DNA from: Candidatus Omnitrophota bacterium
Lineage (GTDB): Bacteria; Omnitrophota; Gorgyraeia; Zapsychrales; Fredricksoniimonadaceae
NCBI GenBank assembly: GCA_963828495.1
Contig: CAWHFJ010000022.1
Span: 22,964-86,963 of the forward strand
Length of the DNA: 64,000 nt
Direction of reading: 5' to 3'
Shown piece after piece: positions 8,425 to 18,867 of this stretch. The notes beneath the pieces are model-generated. The model was not told the DNA's origin and did no database searches. It saw only the letters and a list, made by a program, of their open reading frames with translations. Every line of letters begins with the position of its first letter. The stretch's first letter is position 1. Made by a program: the position numbers and the translations under genes.

Positions 8425-10672
8425 ATGAAGCTTGAACATCTCAATGAGATCAAGGGCATTGTGATTCTGGCCTTAAGCCTCATTCTGTTGGCGAGTCTGG
8501 TTTCTTTTACCCCTGATCGATCTTTCTTGGTTTACTTCTAAACCGAATCTCCATGCCCAAAATTGGATCGGGATTGCCGGCGCTTATGCGGCCGGCATTC
8601 TTTTTTTCCTAGTCGGCTTAAGCGCTTATTTCTTGGTGGGCATCGGCGTATTTTTCAGCTGGAATAAATTTACCTCCCGTGATCTGCCTTTCAATTTTTT
8701 TAAATTCTTAAGCATCCTGATCTTATTTACCGTCGCGGCCGGCTTGTTTAGTTTTTTTGCCGGGGACAACGGGGGCTCGCGTTTTACCAGCGGGGGCATC
8801 ATCGGTGTTGTTTTTAGCGGTTTTTTGGTCGGATATTTTCAGCCTTTGGGGGCTTTGATCATTTTGTTTACCTTGGGGGCTTTGGCCTTGATTGTGACCG
8901 GTGAATTTTTGGTTTCGCCTTTTTTTATATGGCTGGGCAGAGGCATTATGCAGGCTTTCCAAAGGATTTTTAAAGGGGTGCCTATACCAACAGCTTTGCA
9001 AGCGTCATTTCGACGAGTGAAGAGTATGCAGAAGCACGTAAGAATCTAAGGCGCCGAAGAGATCTTCGAATGACAAAGCCTGTAAGAATGAGAAATTTAG
9101 AAGTACGGTGCTGCCTAAAGCCCCGGAAGTAAAACAAGCCTGCACCTGCAGCTGTGAAGCCTAATATCCATATTGTAGCTGCTCCTAAAACTGAAAATGT
9201 GACGCCTGAGCCGCAAAGCTCCTAAAACAGTAGGGGAGTATCATTTGCCCAGTGTGGATTTGCTTAAAGACCCGCCGATAGTTTCAGATAATAAGATCCA
9301 GGAAAGGCTCATGAGCGGGGCTAAGATCCTGGAAGAAACCTTGAGCGATTTTGGGGTCAATGTCAAGGTGGTGGATATTGAGCGCGGGCCTGTGATCACC
9401 CGTTATGAATTGCAGCCTGCGCCCGGAGTCAAGATCCAGAGCATTTCCAGTTTAACAGATGATTTGGCCCTGGCTTTAAGCGCTTCGGCCGTGCGTATTT
9501 TGGCACCTATCCCCGGTAAAAACAGGGTGGGTATTGAAGTGCCTAACGGATCTTCAGCCGCGGTATTTTTAAAAGATGTCCTGACCCAAAAACATTTGCG
9601 ACCGTCGATTCAAAATTGGATTTGGCCATCGGTAAAGACACTTCCGGTAAAGCCATTGTGACGGATCTGGCGGACATGCCGCATTTATTGGTGGCGGGAA
9701 CAACAGGCTCAGGTAAAACAGTTTGTTTAAACAGTTTGATCATGTCTATTCTTTTTAATGCTTCACCGTCAGAAGTCAAATTCATCATGATCGACCCTAA
9801 GATGGTGGAGCTTGTTCCTTATAATGATTTGCCGCATCTGTTTTGCCCTGTCATCACTGATGCCAAGAAAGCGGCTCCCGCGCTTAATTGGATCGTCATG
9901 GAGATGGAATCCCGTTATAAATTATTTAATAAAGAAGCGGTGCGTAATATTAAAGGCTATCATGCCAAAGGGCTTTTGATGCCTTATATTGTGGTCGTGG
10001 TTGATGAGTTGGCAGATCTGATGCAGGTTTCCGCCAAAACAGTCGAAGGGGCCATTGCCCGTTTGGCGCAATTGGCACGTGCGGCAGGCATCCATTTGAT
10101 CTTGGCCACCCAGCGTCCGTCGGTGGATGTTATTACCGGGGTCATCAAGGCCAATTTTTCTTCCCGGATTTCTTTTAAAGTCGCCTCCAAGGTGGATTCA
10201 CGCACCGTGCTGGATACCAATGGTGCGGAGACACTCTTGGCAAGGGTGATTTTCTTTTTATGAAAACAGGGGACCCCAAACCATCCGCGGGCAATGCTGT
10301 TATGTGTCTGATGAAGAGATCAATCCGGGTCATTGATTTTATCAAAAAACAGGGCCAACCGGAGTATAATGAAAGCGTGCTTAAAGCCCAGCCGTCCAGC
10401 AGGCATGGGATCCAATGATGAAAAAGATGAAATGTATGATGAGGCCGTGCGGGTGGTGATTGAAACCAACCAGGCTTCGGTGACGATTTTACAGCGCCGC
10501 TTGCGTTTGGGGTATTCCCGGGCCGCGCGCTTGATTGATATGATGGAGCAACACGGGCTGGTGGGCCCTTACGCGGGCAGCAAAGGCAAGGGACATTTTG
10601 GTGGACCGTGAAAAATGGCTTTTAGAGAATATGGGAGAAGTAAAAACGAATGCCGCCGACGGACAGCAATAG
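8425..10672 (+). pseudogene. ftsK: DNA translocase FtsK/SpoIIIE, frame-disrupted (many shifts)
   Basis: N-terminal TM region (8425-9049), linker, motor domain with Walker A GTTGSGKT (9616-10263), and gamma domain [45 protein letters not shown] (10333-10611). The C-terminus ...[14 protein letters not shown] continues in another frame to the TAG stop at 10670-10672. Confidence 0.85.
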
Positions 10673-11465
10673 CGATAAACCTTCTATTTTAAAAAGCACC
10701 CGTGAAGCCAAGGGCTTGACCCTTGAGATCGTGCACGAGGCCACCAAGATCCCCATGGATGCTCTTAAGGGCCATTGAAGAAGGCTATTCGGTGCGTATT
10801 TTGTCGCCTTTTTATTATCGCGGCTTTATCAAGATTTACGCGGAATTTTTAGGGCTGGATGTTGGGGAAATGTATAGGCAATATGGCCTTGATCAAGCCG
10901 CCTAAGCCCGCAGCTCGTCAGCGACAGTTATCTGCCAAACCCAAGCCGCGAGAAGTCGGGCCCAATGTGATTTTAGAACAGATGCAAGAATGGTTCTTCG
11001 TTTTTTTAAACCTAAAACGTTAAAGTAATTTTAAAAGTTATTGGATTTTTGGTATTGCTATTTTTGTTTTTCAAGATGGCAGGGTGTGTTGCTTCGCATA
11101 TGAATAAGAAAGCAGTGCCTGCATGCAAGAGCTATCAGCCGTTCGTGTGAAAGACACGAACACCTGTACAAGGTAAACATCGAATCTGTTCAAGCCCAAA
11201 GCCAGGATAATAAAGTTGAAGTAGCGGTCAGGGCGTCCGGAACTGCTTCGGGTCAAGACGGATGATAAGGTGGTATTTCAAACGACCTTAAGCAAAGGTT
11301 CCATGGAAAACTGGAGCGCGGATAATCGTATTGAATTATCCGGCCGTGATATTGAGCAATTGGACATGGAAGTCAACGGCAAGCAAATCGGTTCTTTAGG
11401 CGGCGGTGACCGCAGGATCAAGAAGAGTGTTGATTACCAAGGAAGGATTGACGGTAAAAAAGTGA
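10649..11465 (+). pseudogene. rodZ: RodZ-like HTH/DUF4115 cytoskeletal protein, frame-disrupted
   Basis: The N-terminal HTH reads ...AKGLTLEIVHEATKIPMDALKAIEEGY if one G of the GGG run at 10769-10771 is dropped. The C-terminal beta domain (...ELSGRDIEQLDMEVNGKQIGSLG...) ends VLITKEGLTVKK* in another frame. Confidence 0.6.
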
Positions 11466-11495
11466 GGACCACGACAGGATTTCCAGAAGGAGCGC

Positions 11496-12790
11496 TTGAG
11501 CGCCGGCCAGAAGGTCGGCGTTATTAATTTAGGCTGCGCCCGCAATTTGGTGGATGCGCAGATGATGCTGGGGCGTCTGAAGAAAAACGGCCACCGCATT
11601 GTCGAGGCTCGAGAAGCGCAAACAGTGATCGTCAATACCTGTTCTTTTATCGAAGAGGCGCGCAAGGAATCCATTGATACCATCCTTGATCTTATTGAAC
11701 TTAAAAAAGAAGGGCAAGATCAAGAAAGTGATCGTGGCCGGATGCTTGGCCCAGCGCTACGGCAAAGATTTGGCCAAAGAATTTCCCGGAAGTGGATGCT
11801 TTTGTGGGGACACCCACTCTTAACCGTGAAGAAATGCCCCAGCCAGGTGCAGTTGACGCCTAAACATTTTGCTTATGTCAAAATTTGTGAAAGCTGTTTT
11901 AATGCCTGTTCGTTTTGCGCTATCCCTAAAATAAAGGGTAAGTTTATCTCGCGCACCATTGAATCCATTGTCAAAGAAGTCAAGGAATTGGATGCCCAAG
12001 GTGTTAAGGAAATCAATATCATCGGCCAGGACATCACGGCCTATGGCATGGATATTTACCGTCAGAAATCATTGGCACGCCTTCTTAAAGAGCTTGTTAA
12101 GGTTATGTAAGAATATTGAATGGATACGTTTATTATACGCGTTTCCCTCCCATGTCACTGATGAGCTGATTGAGGTGATGGCCCAAGAACCTAAAATTTG
12201 TAAGTATATCGATATGCCTTTACAGCATATCAGTGACCATATTTTGCATGAACAAAACCGTAATATCACAACCCAGCAGACAATTGAATTGATCCAAAAA
12301 ATCCGTCAGGCCATGCCGCAAGGATTTATCCGTACGACTTTTATTCGGCCTTCCGGGAGAAACACCAGGAAGATTTTGAGCAATTGCGGCTTTTATGAAA
12401 GATTTTCGTTTTGAGCGTGTCGGTGTTTTTGTTTATTCGAAAGAAGAAGGGACACAGGCCGCGAAGATGAAGGGCCAGGTGCCGGAAAAAACCAAAAAAG
12501 CCCGTCTGGATACCTTGATGCAGGACCAGCAGGCTATTTCTGCAGAAATCCAGCAGTCTTTTGTGGGGCGTACGCTCAAGGTTTTGATTGAGGAAGAGAA
12601 AAGCATCCCCGACAGAAGGAGTTCAGGGCGACGTCGGACATACCTATATCGGCCGCAGTGAATATGATGCTCCTGATGTGGATGGGGTGGTGTATGTGCG
12701 TTCAAAGAAACCCTTAAAGCCGGTGATTTTGTCCAGGTGAAGATCACCGATGCCTATGAATATGATTTAGCAGGGGTAGGTCATGAATGA
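11496..12790 (+). pseudogene. rimO: ribosomal protein S12 methylthiotransferase RimO (radical SAM), frame-disrupted
   Basis: TTG start after an AGGAG RBS. Recognisable elements: VGVINLGCARNLVDAQMMLGRL, the radical-SAM cluster motif CFNACSFCAIP, and the TRAM end ...GDFVQVKITDAYEYDL. The text hops among ORFs 11496-12110, 11959-12414, 12395-12661 and others. Confidence 0.75.
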
Positions 12791-13360
12791 ATTTGCCGAA
12801 TATTTTAACCCTGTCACGCATTGTTTTGGCCGTTGTCCTGGTTTTTCTTCTGGAACAAAGGTCTTCGAGCGGGTAATATTTTGGCGGTAGTTGTTTTTAC
12901 GATCGCTTCCTTGACGGATTTTTATGATGGCCATTTGGCCAAAACAGAGGGTTTGGTCAGTGATTTTGGCAAGATCATGGACCCTATTGCGGACAAGATA
13001 TTGCTTTTGTCCACTTTTGGGGTCTTGGCCCATATCGGCATGATGGCCTGGTGGATGTTTATAGTGATTGCCATCCGTGAAATTCTGGTGACTGCATCCA
13101 GGCTTTGCGTCATGCGTCAAGGGCCAAGTGTTGGCGGCGGAACGCGCCGGTAAGATCAAGACCGTGATCCAAATCATTGCGGTGTCGGTGATTTTGCTGT
13201 ATTTGGTGGCCCAGCAAAGCGAATTTTGTTCGTTTTGGTTTTATAATGTGCAAAGAATTTGGCTTGGTCTGATTATGTATTAATGTGGGCCGCGGTAATT
13301 TTGACATTGTATTCCGGGGTAGAGTATTTTCGCAATAAGAGGCAATTTCCGGTGAGATAG
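12787..13360 (+). pseudogene. pgsA: CDP-diacylglycerol--glycerol-3-phosphate 3-phosphatidyltransferase, frame-disrupted
   Basis: MNLPNILTLSRIVLAVV... in one frame, then the CDP-alcohol transferase motif DFYDGHLAK..(8)..G..MDPIADK in the 12821 frame. The C-terminus ...AERAGKIKTVIQ... and ...WAAVILTLYSGVEYF lie in other frames. Confidence 0.8.
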
Positions 13361-13376
13361 AAGAGTTCAGTAAATT

Positions 13377-13832
13377 ATGAGAAATTTTTTAATTAAATCT
13401 ATAGCACAGTTTTTGGTGTCGGATATTTTCCGGCGGCTCCGGGCACTGCGGCGACTGTGGTCGGGGTGGTGATTGCTTATTTTTTAGGCAATAATTTGCC
13501 GCTTATTACCATTCTTTTAGTGGTTTTATTGATCTTAGGGATTGTGACAACCGGTATGATGGAAAAGCTATTGAATCAGAAAGATCCGTCGATCGCGTGC
13601 ATTGATGAGGTGGTGGGGGTGATGATCGCCTTGTGGGGCCTGCCGTTGATGTGGCCGGTCATGATTATGCGGATTTTTCTTGTTTCGGGCCTTTGATATG
13701 TTTAAAATATACCCTATTAACAAGCTGGAAGCCCAACCCGGCGGCTGGGGGATTATGCTTGATGATTGCATGGCCGGGGTGTATACTAATATCATCTTGC
13801 GCATTGCTTTGCGGTGCGCAGGTTTTTTTTAA
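13377..13832 (+). pseudogene. pgpA: phosphatidylglycerophosphatase A, frame-disrupted
   Basis: PgpA text VFGVGYFPAAPGTAATVVGVVIAY..., then CIDEVVGVMIALWGLP, then ...PGGWGIMLDDCMAGVYTNIILRI, read across at least 3 frames. Confidence 0.7.
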
Positions 13833-13893
13833 GTTAAATAATTGCCCCGCTGGTTAAGGCGCAAGCTTATGGTAATGCTAGGAGAGAGTAAAA

Positions 13894-14641
13894 ATGGAAA
13901 GCAGTAATCCGACATTAAATGAAAGAACGTTTGGCGCAGCCCGGGTGGGTGTGGGCGAACCGGCGATGACTATGCAAGGAACGGTCAATAAGACTTTTAT
14001 TTTGCTGGCTATTTTGGTGGCCACAGCCGCGTGGACTTGGTCCAAAACATCTGATCCCCAGCAGTGCTGGATTTTTAGGCATTACGTTTATGGTGTCCAT
14101 GATCGGTGGTTTAATTTTGGCCATTGCCACTTCTTTTAAGCCGAAATGGTCTCCGATCACAGCGCCTTTGTATGCGGCTTGTGAAGGCTTGCTTTTGGGT
14201 ATTCTTTCCGCGTATTTTGAAATGCGTTATCCTGGCATTGTCATGCAGGCCGTAGGTTTGACCTTTGCCGTGACATTCGCCATGCTGATGGGCTATAAAG
14301 CCGGCTGGTTGCAGGCCACCCCCGGACTGCGTAAAGGGCTTATGATCGCCATGGGCGGGTTGATGTTGTTTTATGTGGTGGTCTGGATCGCCTCTATGTT
14401 CGGCATTCATCCGCCGGGATTTATCAATGGCGGCGGACCGCTGGGCATTGCGTTTAGTTTGTTTGTGGTTGGTATTGCCTCCATGTCCTTGGTGCTGGAT
14501 TTTGATTTTATCGAATCAGCTTCCCGCGAAGGTTTAGAAATGTACATGGAATGGTATGGCGCCTTTGCCCTGATGGTGACTTTAGTCTGGCTTTATATGG
14601 AAATTTTGCGCTTGCTGTCAAAAGTCAGCCGCCGCAATTAA
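13894..14641 (+). pseudogene. Bax-inhibitor-1/YccA-family membrane protein, frame-disrupted (1 shift near 14060-14100)
   Basis: Two ORFs (13894-14139 and 14090-14641) together give a roughly 7-TM protein. The N-terminus MESSNPTLNERTF... and a multi-pass hydrophobic core are typical of the BI-1/YccA family. Confidence 0.6.
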
Positions 14642-14649
14642 GGGTAGCA

Positions 14650-14678
14650 GTGTCATTGCGAGCGAAGCGAAGCAATCT
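14650..14678. repeat. GTCATTGCGAGCGAAGCGAAGCAATC repeat, copy 3
   Basis: GTGTCATTGCGAGCGAAGCGAAGCAATCT, identical to the left arm at 4119-4146. Confidence 0.6.
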
Positions 14679-14700
14679 CTGAAAGAACAACGCATTCTAC

Positions 14701-14731
14701 AGCCCCGTTAGCAATAACGGGGCTTTTTTTT
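14701..14731 (+). terminator. rho-independent terminator
   Basis: AGCCCCGTTA-GCAA-TAACGGGGCT stem-loop followed by T8. Confidence 0.75.
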
Positions 14732-14797
14732 AGCTTTTGAGTTGTTGCCTCTCTGTTTTTATGGTAACTTAAGCTGCAACGAAAGGAGACTTTGTCA

Positions 14798-15721
14798 ATG
14801 AGTGAAGGCAGGGATGTAGGCTATGCGATATTTGGTTTTGGTTTTGGCGTCTGGTCTTTTTTTCATGGCCTTAAGGTCATGCAAGAGAAAAGACTTATTG
14901 AAAGTATTCCCAGATCTACTGTACGCGGTCTTGCGATTGGTCTGGTAGAGCTTACCGGAAAAGCCAAAAAGACTAAAACACTTCAATCTCCTCTGACCGG
15001 GACTGAATGCACATTTTATCGTTATACAGTAGAACGCTATGAAAGCAGCGGCCGTTCAGGCCGGTGGGTTATGATTGCCCATGGGGACAGCGTCTTTTGT
15101 CCGTTTTGTTTGGATGATAGTACCGGTCAAGTATTGGTGCTGCCCAAGGGGGCGGAGTTTGTTATGCCGGCTGATTACACATTTACGACAGGATTGGGTA
15201 AAACATTACCGGATAATCTTATTAATTTTATGGAAAAGAATGGGGTGCAGTATAAGGGATTCTTCGGCAATTATACGCTGCGTTTTAATGAATGGTATAT
15301 CAGGCCTGATGAGCCGGTGTTTGTGGTGGGGACAGCCCAAAAAAATACGACACAGTTAGATGAACATAGGGAAAAATTAGCTGACCGCATCAGTGAGTTA
15401 AGACAAAATTTTCAGCAGACATCCGAACTTAATCTAAGTAAGGAAGGGGGGCTTGGTCTTGAAGGATGGGATAAAGCCGTAGCCAATGCAGAGCATGGAC
15501 TCCTGCAAGAGGAGATCAAATCAGACCCGCAGGAAGATGCATCGGACGTTATTATTGCTAAGGGGGATGGTCAAATCTTTATTGTTTCAGATGAAAGCCA
15601 AACAGATGTTGTTAAGACCTTTTCCTGGCAGGCTTTTTGCGGGGTTTGGGGAGGGGCAGCCTTAAGTTTAGCGACACTTGCGTATTTGTTGTTCCGTTTT
15701 GGGGTATGGGCAAGGTTTTAA
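14798..15721 (+). CDS. GIDE-domain (E3-ligase-like) membrane protein
   Basis: N-terminal TM segment, then ...LAIGLVELTGKAK....SPLTGTECTFYRYTVERY......W..........PF.LDD.TG.V.V.P.GAE, as in the bacterial GIDE family. C-terminal TM segment. ATG at 14798 lies 9 nt after an AGGAG RBS. Confidence 0.5.
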   Translation: MSEGRDVGYAIFGFGFGVWSFFHGLKVMQEKRLIESIPRSTVRGLAIGLVELTGKAKKTKTLQSPLTGTECTFYRYTVERYESSGRSGRWVMIAHGDSVFCPFCLDDSTGQVLVLPKGAEFVMPADYTFTTGLGKTLPDNLINFMEKNGVQYKGFFGNYTLRFNEWYIRPDEPVFVVGTAQKNTTQLDEHREKLADRISELRQNFQQTSELNLSKEGGLGLEGWDKAVANAEHGLLQEEIKSDPQEDASDVIIAKGDGQIFIVSDESQTDVVKTFSWQAFCGVWGGAALSLATLAYLLFRFGVWARF

Positions 15722-15736
15722 TTTGAGCAACAGATT

Positions 15737-15771
15737 CCCCTCCCCTCGTGGGAGGGGTTAGGGGAGGGGGC
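15737..15771. repeat. G/C-rich hairpin repeat, copy 2
   Basis: CCCCTCCCC-TCGTG-GGAGGGG followed by TTAGGGGAGGGGGC and then CTTTTT. It lies between the GIDE and LemA genes. Confidence 0.5.
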
Positions 15772-15776
15772 TTTTT

Positions 15777-16346
15777 ATGTCGATTGTTATTCTAGTGGCT
15801 TTAATTTTTTTAATTATCGGTACGGGATTTTATTTTGTATCTGTTTATAACGGCCTTATTGTGGTATCGCGCAACATCGATAAGGCCTGGGCGAACATAG
15901 ACGTGCTCTTAAAACAACGTCACGATGAGATCCCTAAATTAATCAGCGTCTGCGAAGGGTATATGAAATATGAGCGTGAGACCCTTGAAAAGATCACCGC
16001 GGCGCGTACTTCCTGTATCCAGGCCAAGACTGTGGGGGAGTCGTCTCAAGCGGAAGGGGATTTAGCCAAATCATTGAAGACGCTTTTTGCGGTTGCGGAA
16101 AATTATCCGGATTTGAAGGCCAACCAGAATTTTACCCAGCTGCAGGGGCGTGTCAGTTATCTGGAAAGTCAAATTGCCGACAGGCGCGAATTTTATAACG
16201 ATTCAGTGAATATTTATAACATCAGGATCAATGAAATACCGGATTTATTTGTCGCCCGTCAGCTTAACATGCAGCCCAGGGAGCTCTTTAAGGTTTCCGA
16301 GGAAGATCAAAAAGATGTGGATATAAAATTTGATTTTCCGAAATGA
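15777..16346 (+). CDS. lemA: LemA family protein
   Basis: 189 aa. N-terminal TM segment, then YNGLIVVSRNIDKAWANIDVLLKQRHDEIPKLI...ENYPDLKANQNFTQLQ..L...E..IA..R..YN..V..YN, the classic LemA text. Confidence 0.85.
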   Translation: MSIVILVALIFLIIGTGFYFVSVYNGLIVVSRNIDKAWANIDVLLKQRHDEIPKLISVCEGYMKYERETLEKITAARTSCIQAKTVGESSQAEGDLAKSLKTLFAVAENYPDLKANQNFTQLQGRVSYLESQIADRREFYNDSVNIYNIRINEIPDLFVARQLNMQPRELFKVSEEDQKDVDIKFDFPK

Positions 16347-16349
16347 CCT

Positions 16350-17030
16350 TTACTTGACTTGGAATCTTTTCTTATTGAATTCGTAAATGATATCGAGGGC
16401 GATGAGGCATAAGCTTAAAATCACAAGGGCCATGGATTTGTGGGTTAATGGCTTGTGCTCGATGAGTACCCTGGTTTTAACATGAAAAGCCACCAGCAGG
16501 ATAAAAATCCAGAATACGGGTTTATGTTCTTTACTGTTGATAAGCTTTTGTAAACTAAAAGGCCATTTTTCGCCTTTGCTGTAGGGCACCAGACACGGGA
16601 TTATGGCAGGTACTTTTTGGCAGTAGTCGCGGTAAGCATCACCAAATTTTGCTGATAACATGCCTTGTTCGCATTTTATCGTGCGGTAATACATTAGACT
16701 TAAAGCCAACATAAATAAACCGCCTACCACCCATTCCAACCAGACTTTTTCACTCTTTAAGACAATAACAAAGCCGATGGCAATCAGGAATGTGCCTAAG
16801 TATAGGGGGTTACGCACAAAAGCATAAGGACCGCAGGTGCTTAATTTGTCATTTTTAATGGCATAACCGTTGGACCATAAACGGATGAGCATGCCGGCAA
16901 TAATATAGAACATGCCGGCACTGAGGGCATTTTCGTTGAGCGAGCAGAAAAACAGGACGAAAACCCCGAATGGGTAGATGACGGCAAAGCGTGGTTTAAA
17001 AGAACGTTTAAGGCGTTCGGTAATATTCAT
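16350..17030 (-). CDS. isoprenylcysteine carboxyl methyltransferase (ICMT)/PEMT-like membrane methyltransferase
   Basis: 226 aa, polytopic. The motif L.T.GPYAFVRNPLYLGTFL is characteristic of the ICMT/phospholipid methyltransferase family. Confidence 0.55.
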   Translation of the reverse strand: MNITERLKRSFKPRFAVIYPFGVFVLFFCSLNENALSAGMFYIIAGMLIRLWSNGYAIKNDKLSTCGPYAFVRNPLYLGTFLIAIGFVIVLKSEKVWLEWVVGGLFMLALSLMYYRTIKCEQGMLSAKFGDAYRDYCQKVPAIIPCLVPYSKGEKWPFSLQKLINSKEHKPVFWIFILLVAFHVKTRVLIEHKPLTHKSMALVILSLCLIALDIIYEFNKKRFQVK

Positions 17031-17056
17031 AAGTCGACATTATACCTTAATAGTCT

Positions 17057-17515
17057 TTACTTAGCCAGCATTTTCAGAGCTGTTTGGGCGGCTTGTTTTT
17101 TGATGACTTTCCGGCTGCCTTTAAAGAGGCATTTTTTAACGATGGTCTTTTGGGGAAGGCTTATCGCTATAAATACCAATCCTACGGGTTTATTTTTGCT
17201 GCCACCGCCGGGGCCGGCAATGCCGGTTACACTAAGACCATAATCAGTTTTAAGGATTTTACGTACCCCCTGGGCCATGGCCGCGGCCACTTTTGAGCTG
17301 ACAGCACCGTGTTTTTTTAACAGCAGTGGGGAGACTTTCAGGATTTTGGTTTTGGCACAATTAGCATAAGCGATAATGCCTAACATAAAGAATTCCGATG
17401 ATCCTGCCATATTGGTCAAAAGGTTGCTGATAAGGCCGCCGGTACAGGATTCAGCTATGCTCAATGTTTTTGGCCCGTGCATAAATTTTTGAAAGACTTT
17501 TTGTTCAAGACGCAT
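17057..17515 (-). CDS. pncC: CinA-family nicotinamide-nucleotide amidohydrolase (PncC-like)
   Basis: LSIAESCTGGLISNLLTNMAGSSEFF..GIIAY.N..K...L.V....L..HGAVS...A..MA.G......D.GLSVTGIAGPGGG. The start MRLEQK at 17515 is preferred over 17581. Confidence 0.8.
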   Translation of the reverse strand: MRLEQKVFQKFMHGPKTLSIAESCTGGLISNLLTNMAGSSEFFMLGIIAYANCAKTKILKVSPLLLKKHGAVSSKVAAAMAQGVRKILKTDYGLSVTGIAGPGGGSKNKPVGLVFIAISLPQKTIVKKCLFKGSRKVIKKQAAQTALKMLAK

Positions 17516-17574
17516 ACTATTAGTAATATTAGGGTTATGAAATTTAATGACCATTATAGGCACGGGGAAATCAA

Positions 17575-17603
17575 TTGACAAGGCCTATTTTTCGGCATAT
17601 ACT
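17575..17603 (+). promoter_or_regulatory. sigma70-type promoter for ribBA
   Basis: TTGACA (17575-17580), 17-nt spacer, TATACT (17598-17603). AAGGAG RBS at 17621-17626. Confidence 0.5.
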
Positions 17604-17633
17604 TCCCCAATAAAATTATGAAGGAGAAAATAG

Positions 17634-18867
17634 ATGTTTAATCCTATTCCTGAAATTTTAGAAGAACTCAAAGCCGGCCGCATGGTCATTGTGATGGACG
17701 ATGAAGGCCGTGAAAATGAGGGAGACGTCCTGATTGCCGCTCAATTTATCAGCGCGGAGGCCATCAACTTTATGGCGAAGCACGCCCGCGGACTCATTTG
17801 TGTCCCCATGGAAGACAGCCTCTTGAATAATCTGGATTTGCATCCCATGAAAGAAGATTTAAATTCTAAACATCAGCGCTGTAATACGGCATGGACTGTG
17901 TCCGTGGATGCGGCGTATGGGGTCACCACCGGTATTTCAGCCGCGGACCGCGCGAAAACAATAAGGGTCCTGATTGACCCTAAATCTAAACCCGGTGATT
18001 TAGTGACCCCCGGGCATCTTTTTCCTCTGCGTGCTCGGCGGGGAGGGGTGTTGGTGCGTGCCGGACATACCGAGGCTTCCGTTGATTTAATGCATTTGGC
18101 AGGGCTTTTCCCTACCGGTGTTATTTGCGAGATCATGAATGATGACGGCACCATGGCCCGTACGCAGGATTTGATCCAATTTGCCCAGACCCATCAGTTA
18201 AAAATTTGCACGATCGACAGCCTCATCAAATATCGCCGCGAGACGGAAAAGTTGATCAAGCGCGTCGAAGAAGACGGTGCTTCCCACCGAATACGGGGAA
18301 TTTAAGATGGTGGCGTATGAGTCTTTGGTTGACGGCGTGATCCATATGGCCTTAGTCAAGGGAGACTGTTAACGGGGAAGATCCGGTATTGGTGCGTGCC
18401 CAGTCGGAATGTTTGACCGGCGATGTGTTTGGCTCGCTGCGTTGCGACTGCAATTCTCAGCTAAGGCCGCCATGAAATCCATTAGTAAGACGGGTCAAGG
18501 GGTTGTGTTATATATCCGTCAGCATGAAGGCCGCGGTATTGGTTTGGTCAATAAGATGAAAGCCTATAATTTGCAGGATGAAGGCATGGACACCGTTGAG
18601 GCCAATCAGGCTTTGGGATTTGCGGCGGATTTGCGCGATTACGGGATCGGGGCCCAGATTTTGGTGGACTTAGGGGTCAAAAAGATCCGTCTATTGACGA
18701 ATAATCCCCGTAAAATTATCGGTTTAGAGGGCTATGGCCTGTGTGTCGTTGAGAGGGTCCCTATTCAAATTCCGCATAATTCCCAGAATGAACATTATTT
18801 AAAAACCAAAAAAGATAAATTAGGGCATATTTTATCATCCATTCTAGTAAAGACATATGAAAAATAA
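17634..18867 (+). pseudogene. ribBA: bifunctional 3,4-dihydroxy-2-butanone-4-phosphate synthase / GTP cyclohydrolase II, frame-disrupted
   Basis: The RibB half is intact (17634-18305: ...[16 protein letters not shown]...GHTEASVDL). The RibA half reads ...[16 protein letters not shown]... then [20 protein letters not shown]... then ...[27 protein letters not shown], across at least 3 frames (18300-18867). Confidence 0.85.

Noticed and set aside
7960-8439. 159-aa minus-strand ORF. Similar antisense ORFs occur at 12767-13177, 20352-20765, 41828-42310, 46669-47142 and 56620-57060.
   Set aside because: Each lies fully antisense to a highly conserved gene (pnp, pgsA, PHP/ribD, mraZ, murE/murF, ftsQ/ftsA) and has a low-complexity, unrecognisable sequence.
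8633-9049. 138-aa ORF that looks like an independent membrane protein.
   Set aside because: It is the polytopic N-terminal membrane domain of FtsK, continuous in meaning with the 8425 start and the downstream motor domain.
6295-14641. Interpretation of the frame-disrupted genes as genuine pseudogenes of a genome in reductive decay.
   Set aside because: The conserved motifs are all intact on both sides of each break. The genes are essential, and the breaks are clustered regionally while long neighbouring ORFs are clean. Sequence error is the simpler explanation, but it cannot be excluded without reads.
17516-17581. Longer CinA start (17581) and a divergent promoter with TATAAT on the minus strand.
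   Set aside because: The extra 22 codons are not CinA-like. The TATAAT has no convincingly spaced -35 hexamer, so the promoter is not reported.
17582-17633. Possible FMN riboswitch ahead of ribBA.
   Set aside because: Only about 30 nt separate the predicted -10 region from the ATG. This is far too short for an FMN aptamer, and no conserved FMN-element motifs are visible.
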